Below the pieces are notes generated by a model. That model searched no databases. It worked only from the letters and a program-made list of their open reading frames with translations, and was not told the origin of the DNA. Source: Phoronis australis (Eukaryota; Animalia; Phoronida). From it: DNA of 64,000 bases. The translations under genes and the position numbers were made by a program. Shown piece after piece: positions 11,776-23,479 of this stretch. The number at the start of each line of letters is the position of its first letter. Within the stretch, counting starts at the first letter, position 1. The stretch lies in assembly GCA_002633005.1 (NCBI GenBank), contig NMRA01000358.1, forward strand, positions 231,775-295,774, written 5' to 3'.

Positions 11776-12446
11776 CTGTAAAGAATGATGGGGCTCAAGT
11801 AGGTATCATCACACAGCTCTTGTAGAGTATTATTCAAATATGGACCGATTCCGAGGGTGATATCAGGTCACCTGGACCGTGAGAGAAAGATAGCAATGTT
11901 GCCCGACCCCTGCCGAATACCAATTCGTTTCCGGAGCATTATACGTCCACAGATGCTTCTTTCCTCTAATTTTTTAACTGTTATTAATTAGGCACACGTT
12001 ACCTGTTTTGATGCACTGTCAGCATTTGCTCACTTTGTTTACTATACTCCCATGAGACATTGGTGGGCATTCTTACTGCGCTGATGCCACCATTCGTCGA
12101 CCAGACAAAGTAGAAGGTCACGTGCCGAAACGATGCCAAAAACTTCCCGTCAGATCGGGGAGGCATCTTTATTGCAATGCTACGGCGACTTAAATGGTCC
12201 TAAAATGCGCGTTAAATCCCCATAATCGTGATGCAACGGTCACCTTTGTCACGGGGTTCTTTGGACAATACGGAACAAACCTCGATCTGTTGGTCAACCG
12301 CCTCGTAACGGAAGCCACTGCGTTTTAACCAATCAAGGTGCAAAGCACTTAGTGATCACGTGATGATTAAAGCTGCTGCTGATACAGCTGCTCTTTCGTG
12401 GCCGACGTACCCTTATTCAGAAATGAATGTGAGTCTTGCATAGTAC

Positions 12447-12658
12447 CTGCAGCGCGCGTGCCCTTGGCTGTCTAACAAGCACACTCTGTTTTCTTGGCAG
12501 TTGCGTCTCTGGCACTGAAGCTGTATATACGAAGTAACCGATGAAACGTTAACAGCTTCGGAACCTGTCTTGGTAAAGGTGGGTGCACTTACACTAAGTG
12601 GTCTGGCGGAAACAGCAAGACTGACAAAGATAACTACAGTTACACACCAGTCCCCCAT
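12447..12658 (-). CDS. Gene A exon 1: signal peptide plus Cys1-4 of an EGF-like domain (small type-I membrane protein, MUC3/12/17-tail-like)
   Basis: ATG at 12658 gives MGDWCVTVVIFVSLAVSARP...CQRRNCQENRVCLLDSQGHARC, ending in a phase-2 donor AG|GTACTA. The N-terminus aligns with gene B (MGNWLIIVIAF...). Confidence 0.85.
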
Positions 12659-13452
12659 TTCGCCCACCGAGACGCTGCCAGTGTTCGCCGAATGCAAGCC
12701 TTGTAAGCAACGAGTACTGAACCCAGTTCATCTGTTTTCATTCACGTGACATCATTTTTACAACGGCAATGACAAATACCTGAATGCACCAGCATTATCG
12801 GTCAGCATTCATAGCGGAACTATCTGACGAGACCAAGCATCACCACTTATTTACAGAGAAGTCATGTGTTTAACACTCGCCTGTTCCACTGAGGTGCAGT
12901 GTAAAACCTGAGCACGACTACTTCCTCGCTGACGGGACACCTCCGTCTACAAACTCTTCACTGTCCTGTAGTATTTTAGTGTAGTCAGGGAATCTACCGT
13001 GACGCTTTATGAGGCCCCGAGCACCAGAGGGGCCCCCAACTAATACGGTATAAGGCTCTGCACACGCCAACATTTCGTTTTCGACTTTTTATCAAAATCG
13101 TAAACTGCTAATCGGATTACGTAGTGACAGCAATCCAAAGACGTAGTTCATTGAAAATCAGACGTCCTTTATTTCAATCAAGTCGCATTCGGCTTTTTCG
13201 CTTGAACATTCCAGTCGCAACACCTGCCTCCACAATCAGATTAGTCGTATACGACAGTCAATTACAAAACTGTTTCGAATGGGACTTTAAGACTGCTTTC
13301 TCTACATTCCGATTTTCGTGTAAGACTCTAGACGAAGTTTTAGATCGAAAAGCGTGTCGGAACACGTGTCTATACTGTCCGGTTAGTCGTAAACGACGGT
13401 CACAAACATTGCTGAGCCGTTTACAAAAATCGGAAACGTGTATGCGGAACTT

Positions 13453-13864
13453 CTGTGCCCGGTTGCATGAAACAGTCCTAAACAGGGACTCAGCTAAGTT
13501 CCCTAAATCTGTTCGGTATTTGAGTCATTCTTTAATCACAGATGTTATTTTTTATTATTTCATCTTGACGATGAGCTCCTCTCAGACTAGTGATATAACT
13601 AAAACTAAGCTCTGACTTCAATGAAAACAAATAGGGACTTAGTTCTGAAATTAGGGACGCTGCATGAAAACCTATTTATTTTCGACAATATTGAAATTTC
13701 AATGTAGAGTTCACTCTCGATTTGTATCAAAGACAAAAACTGACGTACAAACTAAAATAGTAGAAGAAAAGACAATCATTTTTTCACAAGTCCACAAATA
13801 CGCAGTAGATCTAGGGAACTTAGTTGAGTCCCTATGTGGGACTGTTTCATGCAACCGGGCACAG
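13453..13864. mobile_element. PIF/Harbinger-like MITE (family also at 36534-36900 and 38640-39054)
   Basis: About 60-bp TIR CTGTGCCCGGTTGCATGAAACAGTCC... / ...GGGACTGTTTCATGCAACCGGGCACAG. Confidence 0.75.
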
Positions 13865-15395
13865 GGCCCCTGCATCTACTAACAGCGGTAGGGGTGCTGT
13901 TCAAAGTATTGAAGAGCGTGGAAATCTGGGTAGAGTTCAATAGCTGTCTCGCCGCGGGAAAAATCTTACACAAAATCACGCGCTCTCATTGAAGATACAC
14001 AGCAATATCCCAGCGTATTTTAGTAGCTTTTTAGTGAGGTACTAACGTTACTGCACTCAACCCAGATGTGCGTTTCGTAGATTCAACAAAAGCAATACCA
14101 CACAAAAACTCGAGTACAAATTGAGTGTTTCGCTCGGCAAAATACTACCGTGCCGTGATTGATCGACGAATTTGGGATGTGTTGATGTCCGAATTCGTTG
14201 CGTCCGTTCTAAAGCTTGCTCACCTCGAGCAAATATGATTGGAAGTTGCTAGAGAAAGCACATTTTGTGGGTGAGTTAGTTTGTGTCTGCATTAAGCTTA
14301 GACGCTCTTGACGCAAACTTGAGTAGGCCAGCAGCTGTTTACTTTGACAGTTCTACGACCTTTTTGCAACTTGTTTAAAAACATGTTTTGTTGTTGACTG
14401 AAACATAAGAGCACAAACACTGTCGTGAAGTTGAAGTGCATGTACTTACAAGTATGTTGTATAGAACTTATCTCTATGGAAACCTCGTCGGTGAATTTAA
14501 ATTTAACATGCGCGTGCGTCAAACGAAATAAGTGGGGCTTGCTTTGTCAATGATACTTCAATGATTTGTAGAAAAGGATCGATTTACCCTCAAGAAACAG
14601 AACTATCAAAAAATAATCTATTCAAGTATTTACGGATAGATGATCTTCGATGGTGAATTAGCCAAGACACGTTTTCACTCTACGATAGGTTGTTGAAATA
14701 GATGTATTGTTGCTTGTAAATCTACAAAAACATCAAAAATCAAAATTTCCCACGTAGTATAGTTCTCGAATAAGTCACTCATTTGGCACATGGAATGCAT
14801 TTTAAGAATTGGCAAGGGTAGCAATGAAAAACAGAGATATCATTTTATACAATAAATGCACTGCCACGAAGGTCGGCATTGATCTAAGTTAGAAATAATT
14901 ACTACAAACGTTTTTTATCTAAAGAAGTAAGTACGTTTCACATTGACGGGAAGGCTTCTGTTAAAAATGCGTTAGTCAAACTAACGACACGTTGGGTATG
15001 AGAGGGTGGAAGTTAATAATTGTTGGCGAAAGAGTCTCGCTGTCCAACGAATTATTCTCAAGGCCAGGTGGCTGAACGGTCACACAAACTTACGCCGCCA
15101 CAAAAATAAAGATTTTAAGTAAAACCGCCAGCTGTTCCCCCAGGCTAAATTTTATGTATTTCATAGATTCAAAGCCACGGACTCGGTTTCTAGCATAATA
15201 TTATTATTGCAGAGGCACAGTTACAAAAATTTCTTGAGAAATTGATGATATTTTGCAAACTTATGCTTGGATTCCTGAAGTTGATCTGACTCTGGGCTCG
15301 ACACCAGTTTACCAGAGTGACTGCGACGCCTCAGTGAACCGCTTCCTGTTGGCGCCCCACTCAGGTGCACCCGTAAGCTGCACCTGTTGAAGATC

Positions 15396-15500
15396 CTACT
15401 CAGGTGCACTCGAATGTTTTCTTGGAGGATTCAAGTCGGAGAGGATACCCACACAGTCCACACGAGGTAGCCTCTTTATCTGCGGTCGCGCGATGACAAA
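15396..15500 (-). CDS. Gene B terminal coding exon
   Basis: Acceptor ttctttcatttcag, phase 0. Reads FVIARPQIKRLPRVDCVGILSDLNPPRKHSSAPE*, completing a 215-aa protein. Confidence 0.8.
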   Translation of the reverse strand, partial: FVIARPQIKRLPRVDCVGILSDLNPPRKHSSAPE

Positions 15501-15719
15501 CTGAAATGAAAGAAGTCATAATCTTCGGCGTACGTGAGGAGAGTCAATTCATGCCTACGTATTCTACCGTCGATCCATTCACAGATTCTGCCGTACTTTA
15601 TTTTGTCTCTCTATATCGGTTGTCTCTCAGTCTATTGGTAGTTAAGTTTTCGTTTTTGGACAACAAAATAGGTTCCTCAGCCATTAGTCATATGATTTGA
15701 ATCTGATTCCGCCAGTAGC

Positions 15720-16015
15720 CAGTGGCGGATTTAGGGGAGGGGGGGCAAGGGAGCCATGCCCCCCCCGCCCCTAAAACTGTACCAGACACCATTTGGGAGT
15801 TTGGTTGCGAACTGCTGACTAGCACAGCGGGCGAATAAACAGTGCATAGGCCCTGAACAAACCCCGTTTACCGTTTTTTTTTAGTAAAAAGGTCAGCAAA
15901 CACAAAGTTCGAGACCCCTGCATCCGTACGTGTTAGGCTGGGCGCGCGCATCTGCCGAAATTCTGCTTATTCCTGTGCCCTGCCCCCCCAACTCAAAATC
16001 CTGGATCCGCCCGTG
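15720..16015. mobile_element. MITE with CAGTGGCGGAT terminus and 5-bp TSD (hAT5-like), in the last intron of gene B
   Basis: CAGTGGCGGAT...ATCCGCCCGTG; TSD GTAGC (15715-15719, 16016-16020); reverse-complement copy at 45641-45897. Confidence 0.78.
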
Positions 16016-16436
16016 GTAGCATTTAGATGGAACAGAACTGATTCCTGTCTGACTCATACCGGCTTCGCAACGACAGGAGCTAAATTTTTAAGTGAAGTGC
16101 AGAAGTTTTATGATTTATGTTTTTTGTTTTTTTCCATTAAGGACTTGTTCAACAAATGGCCAAATTAATAATAAGTGCCTCAGGCTTGAAATGATCTAAA
16201 CAGTCAGCTCCAATCAACTTACTGAATAGATATTTGTAAACATACGCGCATATGCATTTAATATGGTAAATCTTATTTAAAGTGAGTCGGAGGATTATTG
16301 ATGAAGAACTATATCAATGTAATTTTTCCACAACTGGTTGTGAAAAAAGTCACCCGTCTGAGCTACATGTTTTGCTTATCTTTTCTATGGGTCTGAGCTC
16401 ACTCACCACAGGTTGTCTACCAGCGGTTATTCCTAC

Positions 16437-16568
16437 CTTTGTTTCTGTGTCTAGTTTTGCCAAATTTGGGACGAAAGTGACTTCTGCAGGTAAAACAGAG
16501 TCCTTTCGGCGGAACATCACTTTGGACGACCGTCTGATACAATGATATTTCGAAGCGCCAATGGTTTC
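16437..16568 (-). CDS. Gene B exon 4
   Basis: Acceptor tatattttag, 44 codons, phase 0/0. Reads ETIGASKYHCIRRSSKVMFRRKDSVLPAEVTFVPNLAKLDTETK, donor AAG|GTAGGA. Homologous to gene A exon 4. Confidence 0.85.
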
Positions 16569-18460
16569 CTAAAATATATAAACTACATACGCTCACATTC
16601 AGCCTATGTTAGACACGTAACCTGTCTGTAAATAAGTACTCACATGTGTATGTATGATGGATGACAACGAAGGACTAATCAGTGAAATACCGAAGAAAAA
16701 TGCTGAAAAAGCACCCCTTCCCCTCCTGAAAGGCACTATTGCTCTTTTGTAATGTGCGGAAGGATGACAAAACCCCGAAAACAATAAAATTGGCCACCAG
16801 ATGGCGCAGAATACGTAAAAAGTGCCCGAAATGTAAAGACGATTTCATAATAGAAATCTATTTGTTAAATTTCATGAAAATCAGCCAATAAAGATAGAGA
16901 GGAAAACCTAAACATAAAATTGCCACTGTGGGACGCAGAACGATCCATCCGACGGTGGTCGTCATCCGTTGTTATCACACTTGAAATTTCACACAAATCC
17001 TGCAAAGAATTAATGAAATATTGCAGAGCACCAAGAAAACAAAACTGGATTGCTACTAGGAAGCGCCAAAATAGTCAGGTGCGTTCAAAAATCGACGTCA
17101 ATTTGCCGTGGTCCTTTGTAGGAACTCGTCTACTAATTTTGATGATGATTTTTCGAGTAGTTCAGAGGATGAGAGGTGGAAGTCAAAAACGGAATCGAAA
17201 GTAATATGAATGGCCACTAGATAGCGCGTAACCAGTCGAATCTGTCTGAAACTTGGATGGTGTTGCCTATCTGTTAACCTCCGACGACGCAAGGGTAAAC
17301 GAAAAAAATAGAATCGCCAACTGGCGATACAGCGGTAGCCGGATCGGTGCGAAGTGGTGACACAGTAAGTACGTAAGTTACGAAACAGTCGCTTCCCTTG
17401 CTTTTTCGTTCCCGCAAAGACGCCTGCAGATTTTCAGTCCCAATCCCGTTATATAACAAGTTGTCCTTGACACGAGAGATGATGTGAGAACACAAATAAT
17501 GAAACTAAAACAACGATTCAGTCACTCAGACACCACTACTGTGGTGGCATTTTTCCAAGTGTTCACAGCATCACACTACCAGTAGGAAGAATTGTTGAAA
17601 AGTTTTGATTAGGCCATGAAAGTGTCCCAATATTTTCTCAGCCTGGTAAGTATCCATTATGGAAAGCGTTACTTACCTAAACACAAGCAATCACATTTGA
17701 TCATCATTGAGACTTTCATTTGTCATGGTGGGCGACTGACGTCATCGTAATAACCTAGTTATGCAGATTGTCGTACGGAATTGCCTTGCAACTGGAACCG
17801 GGTTCCTGTCGCATAAGTACTACCTAGCAGCAATTTGAGCAACTGTAGGTCATTTTGATGAAGCCGGCCGTCCTTTAATGAAGAAAGTCTCAACCTGGTT
17901 ACGTTCGGATTACTCTTTTCACAATGGTCTCCAGTTATTCCTTAGTCAGATTGAACGCGATTTCTGGATAAGAAAGATCTAAAAGGTCGCTGTCTCTTCA
18001 GACCAATCTTATAAATTTCAGGTCATGTTATGACCTGAATTGAAATTTTATGAGCTTGTACTGAACTTGAAATGGTCCGAGTTCTGAAGAAGTAATGAAA
18101 TGCCTCTTATTCCTCGAGTCCATAGATCACATCTTAACATGAGAAGACCAATTTTACAACGACAAATGACATTGATCTAAACTTGTTTTTATACAAAACG
18201 TGGGTATAATGCTGCTGTAATTTTGTTTTAATAAATGTACAGTTAAGAGTAAGCGAAATGTGCTAAACTGACCAAAAACGCCTTCGAAAAAGGCAATTTT
18301 GTCCTTTAAATGTGAATCAAGTATACGTTCATGACAGATGTACTAAAAATACGAATGGCGTTTTCTATTTTCGCGGTCATTAATAGGTGAAGTCTCCCCG
18401 ATGATATCGTAACAATTGCGTTTCCCGTGCTTTTGATGTTTGTTATTTGTGTATACTTAC

Positions 18461-18611
18461 AGCGCAGGCGAAACTCTCAACGTCGTCTGAAGTGTTACTG
18501 TTGCTGTTGTTGCTGTTACTGTTACGACAAGTGTTGTCAAGTTCACTCGGGTTTTGAGTAGTGAACTGGAAACCTTGAGTATCTTCGAAAATGTTCTCTG
18601 AATGCGCATCG
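18461..18611 (-). CDS. Gene B exon 3: Asn/Ser-rich cytoplasmic segment
   Basis: Acceptor catttcag, phase 2 in and phase 0 out (GCT|GTAAGT). Reads SDAHSENIFEDTQGFQFTTQNPSELDNTCRNSNSNNSNSNTSDDVESFACA. Confidence 0.82.
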
Positions 18612-18917
18612 CTGAAATGTTTAAACAGCAATTTAAAAATTGAAAAAAAAACGAGCCTGGTAATACAATTCTTAGGTGTTCAACAAAACGGTTGTCATTA
18701 ACTGGTTTTCAAGAACATTAGACAATTCGTAACTTTATTTCCGGTATCTCTGCAACTTTGCACGTGCCCTTTGAGAAGTGCGTTTTTGGTTACATTACCC
18801 ACCTACTCAAGATGTGAATTTGTGGTCAGTGTTACCAACCTCCAGTCAAAAAACCGTTTGCCATTCGTGGTTCAGAACTACCTTAGAGGTGCAGCGCTCG
18901 GTCAGGGTGCCACTTAC

Positions 18918-19073
18918 CTGTGGTTGTGGTTGTACTTGTTCATGTGACCTGCTCTCGCTTTGGAGATCAACTTCACTGACAGTACAATCACGATAACCAG
19001 GAGTGCGACCAGCAATGATCCGCCAACATAGAAGACCAGTCCAACCTCCCACACTTCAATGCATCTGTCAAAA
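18918..19073 (-). CDS. Gene B exon 2: Cys plus transmembrane helix
   Basis: Polypyrimidine tract plus caacag. Reads (S)FDRCIEVWEVGLVFYVGGSLLVALLVIVIVLSVKLISKARAGHMNKYNHNH, donor AG|GTAAGT. Aligns with gene A FNKCYAEWEVGL. Confidence 0.88.
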
Positions 19074-19453
19074 CTGTTGACAGAAAAAAGGAGAGAAGTT
19101 CACGTGCAAGTTCTCTTTGGGACAGATCCCAGTGTACAACACACGTACTTCCTAGTCTCGCGAGGTCATAGCTCCGAATTTTTCAATATAAAAACTTTTT
19201 AACTGAGATTGAAACCCAAATCAAACATTTGCCATATATGTGACACATGGTTATGATGCTGTGTTTGGGCTGAAAAGTGTCGTTCGTAATGTACCGTTCG
19301 TCAAATGTACGAATCAGACTTTGCCACAACTACTCAATATGATAATTGTTAGCCCAGGAACTCCTAGGATGTGCCCTGACTAAAGAAAATTTTCAATGTC
19401 GACCTTTCAAATGAAGACTGGGCTACATAGGCCTATAGGGCCTTTAGGCCTAC

Positions 19454-19557
19454 CTGCAACTTGTGTTGGACGCGGTAGCCTTGGTGTTCATCAGTACTAG
19501 TGCTCTGGTTAAAACTTTCAAGTTGAAAGCAATGACGATAATCAACCAGTTGCCCAT
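19454..19557 (-). CDS. Gene B (paralogue of gene A) coding exon 1: signal peptide
   Basis: Acceptor cttacag 11 nt upstream of the ATG, implying an upstream UTR exon. Reads MGNWLIIVIAFNLKVLTRALVLMNTKATASNTSC, phase-2 donor AG|GTAGGC. Confidence 0.82.
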
Positions 19558-21029
19558 TTCTACAGGGTCTGTAAGACATGCAAGGATATTTTGGGTGAGA
19601 ACAGCTGAGAGGTCTAATCACCGTGGAATTCAAACATATGTTTTATTTAAATTTGGATGATTTCCTTCTGTCTCCGTTTCAGTCCGTTCCTCAGCCCTTC
19701 CCTCCGCTCAGTCCGTTCCTCAGCCCTTCCCTGCGCCTCTCTCCTCGCCCTCCTTACCTGTTTCCTGCCTCCCCTCCACCCCCGATCATCCCCTTCCCTT
19801 CCCTTGCCTACCAACTGCATCAATATTCGGGCTCCTGGTTAGCCAATTGTGTTTAGTACGCACAAACCACGCATACAAAACGGGGGTGTTCACAATTAAG
19901 GTTTTGACATTTTAAAGTGGACACAAACACATGATCCGTCCAAGAAGGTGGACTCTTCATTTAGACTTATACTTGTCGCAATATAATTGGTCTTAACTTT
20001 TTCCTTACTCTGGTGATAAATCAAGTTTTCAAAGAACTGGCAATCTGTTATTCCTTTATAATCCGGCGGTAGAACCTCAAATTTCCATGGAACCTTACAA
20101 TGTCTCCTTACAACTTGATACGCTGATTCAAATGAGACTGAGTGGCTAGTTACTACCGGCTTAGCTTTCTTACACTGTTTAAATTCAATGATGGACGACA
20201 AGACGGCACCCACGTGTGATGAGAATATAAATTGCATTATAACTTCTGATCTCATAACTACACTTGGAAAATGACTTCGGCATGAATGGTTATGTTTGGA
20301 AAGTCAAGCAATCCGATTCTGTGGTTATTGTATCAGTTGGAAGTAAGCAGAACGATCCAAATTAGAACGCAGAGCACACAGGCAGGTCAAGTTTTTTTAT
20401 AGAAAAGCAAACATGTATCATACACCCACTGCATACATACATACAGCATACACTTCCACAATAAAACTGCTTTAGCAACGTAATTTGAATTTTAAGTGAT
20501 CTTGCTAATTCAAATTCAGATTTTTTGTTATTGAAAACACAGGAGTTCATATCGAAATCTCTGTCCCGGAGGAAATTCAGGTTATCATCACACCCGGCAG
20601 CCATTTTATCGGCCAAGTTGGATTCTGAAAATACAAGCAAGTGGCAACTGGCCACTCACTCTCATTGTAATCAGCAAATCAAGATATGAACATGTCATAA
20701 AGTTACTATAAGTCGACATTGTCAGCTAGCTCCGGCGTTTCGTGGCTCTGTCACTGGAGTATCAGACCGTGACAAGGCAACGTTTAACGCTTAGTTCTAA
20801 GCAAAGAAGCTGTCAATTATTCTGAAACTTTTTCAACAGGAGGGTGATGTTAAAGACATGATCAGAGCTGTAGTCTGGTTGACGAGTCATTTGACACGGA
20901 TGCTTTCGATTCGAGGATGCTTAGCTGGGACACTTTGATGTATAGACACTGTGTGTTGTTCTCATAGCAAAGGATATGTGCATTGCCATTGTCAGTCGCT
21001 TGCTGAGTCTCTGCATATCTGTCTGTTCA

Positions 21030-21440
21030 TCCGCTCCTCCCTCCCTCTCCCTCCTCCCTATCTCTCTCTCTCTCTCTCTGGATCACTCATCTCCTCTCTC
21101 TCTCTCTCTTCCCTCATTCTCCCTCCCTCCGTCCCTTGCTCCCCTTCTTGTCTCCCTCTTTCTCTCTTTCTACCGTTCTCTTACCGCCTATACCCTCCCC
21201 CACATGAGCATTGTTGGGTGAGAACAGCAGAGAAATTGCCGGCCATTTATTGTCAGCTGTAGAATTCAATCTTATATTTTAGTAAAAGTTGAATAATTAA
21301 TCCCACTCCCTCTCAAGTTCCCTCCAACCTTCCTCCTTTCCCTCCTTCCTTTCCCTACCCCCTCCCTCGGACTATCCCTCCCTATGGCTCCTCCTTAATC
21401 ACCCCCCCCCCTTCTACCCTGGCCCTCCCTCCCACCAATC
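21030..21440. repeat. Polypyrimidine (CT-rich) low-complexity tracts
   Basis: Long C/T-only stretches. A similar tract at 19660-19810 follows the same TTGGGTGAGAACAGC motif seen at about 21215. Confidence 0.75.
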
Positions 21441-23019
21441 CCAGGAACGACCGTTTCATAACAATGCATTCGAAGTTATTTTCATATACGACTGGTAACA
21501 ATCTCATTTTATCCTCCACAAATAAGCCAACATCGCTTATGGTTTATCTTTTTTGACTGTTTGTAAATGAGATGAACGTCGTAAATTGTTTTCTTCACTT
21601 CAACCTTTGTATTGAGATCGGAAATGGGGCCCGATCCCTCAATAATTTGCAGGGAAAATTGTGAAATAACGACGATCTCAGTGGGTCGAAAATGGTGGCT
21701 TTGTATGTCGTAAAAAAGACTTATGTCGACCTGTGTGCTCATTAAAACGCACAATGCAATAAAACCAAATAGGCACTGATTGAGTCGACTTTGACTTGGT
21801 CATTTTAATTTGATCTTGAAATCTCTGAAAAGTTTACAGCCTGTTTGATACGATCGTAGAAATTTATTGCCCACGACTATTAGTGCGAACGCGACCGGTC
21901 AACAAAACAGCTTGAGGGAAAATCAGAACGGATTTTTCAGACTACAACAGGGCTTTTCATGTACCGAGGCATGCACTGTTGCAAATTTGCATATGCTAAA
22001 ATAATAATAAAACCCTCAAGTGGTGATGTTTTTTCGCAGAAAAAAATGACACAGAAGCTAAAGTGCACACAAAGAGTGGGAACACTACTGACTTGAACTG
22101 TTTACGTGGTGACGTAGAGATAAGCGCCACATGTTATCAGCTCCCTTATATTTGATTACAAATTCTTTGTCATGCACTTGTGTGCTAAGGAACTGCACGG
22201 TTATATGATTTTACTTCCACGTTCGTCATATGCACTAATAGGACATGTGACCACGTGGTAATGTTGATGATCGACGTACTCATCAATCTTCGAGTAGCAC
22301 ACGCTAACAGTTTTCTTAACTTAGTTGACACTAGTGACGAACGGAAATTGCTTACAGACAAAAACTCCTAGTGCTATGACATTTTACACTTGTAAACATT
22401 CACAAGAAAGATTTGTGTACACTCAATGTTAATATCCAGTCTCTAAGTTCCAACTGTGACCTGCTGCAAAAAACAAAATGTACTGTTTGACTCCGTTTCC
22501 TTAAAAGAAACGGTCTGAATGATTATGCAAATTACCGTCTTTACTACTTGGATGGTTTTGAAATAAAAAGTCTTAGAAAATGACTGTTGCGAGCAGGGGG
22601 CTTGATGATTTATGTCAGAGCTATGTTTAATATAATTGACGGTGAAGCAACTGGTAATAAAAAAGATCTGAGAAAGCTTAGTAATCGAAATGAAGTTGAG
22701 CACTGTTAAACACCTAACCACACATATCTATAGACCCCGTCTAATGCTGAGCCACTTTGATGACTTTATTTTTTATTTTATTTCAACAATTTCGGAGTTT
22801 GTAGGACGGAAACTTTTTAATGAAACGCCCCTTGGGCGATAATTCTCCAAAATCCACTCGTGCTCTAGATTACGGAGGATAACGACTTCGCCATATAACA
22901 ATCTATATGTACATGAATTGTGAAAATTGCAAGCGCAAAAATCATACACGCCAAACTTGGCATGTCATCAAAAAGGTAATTTTTAATTCTTCCTCCCCAA
23001 CTGTTCTCACAGTATTGCC

Positions 23020-23440
23020 TTCGCTGGATCACAATATATTGCTAACGAACAGAAAATAGCCGATCAACTCAACCAGTATTTTGTGGGACCTGGGAACAAC
23101 TTGGCATCCCAAATATCGATATGCAACAGCCATTTTGATTTTTTATGGTTTCATTGAGTCTATTTTTAAATTCAAAACCGATGCTGATGACGAGGTATGA
23201 AGAAAAATCTTAAATTCAAATCCATTACAGACAGCGAAGACAATAACATGCCCATTTGTAAAAAATATTCTATGTATTTTTATACTGACAAATTTCCTTA
23301 ACCAATCTCTTATCACAACAATTTTCCAGATTATTTAAAAATAGCTAAGGTATTCCTTATTCATAAAAATGACGCCGACAATAACACCGTTGTTAACTAC
23401 AGACCTATTTCTATTCTGCCTGCAATTTCCAAAGTCTATG
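23020..23440 (+). mobile_element. Decayed CR1/L2-type LINE ORF2 fragment
   Basis: Remnants KIADQLNQYFVG...LASQI and FPDYLKIAKVFLIHK...NYRPISILPAISKV. Confidence 0.7.
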
Positions 23441-23479
23441 ACTTTTTGTGGAAATCTGACAATACTAAAACCATTAGTG

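Noticed and set aside
13124-13615. 163-aa ORF, and the similar ORFs at 36364 and 38930
   Set aside because: Their mutual similarity comes from the shared MITE TIR; GTG/chance starts and no domain motifs.
19896-20655. Minus-strand ORFs of 119 and 97 aa upstream of gene B
   Set aside because: No recognisable domain or consistent splice signals; possibly very decayed retroelement, but not supportable.
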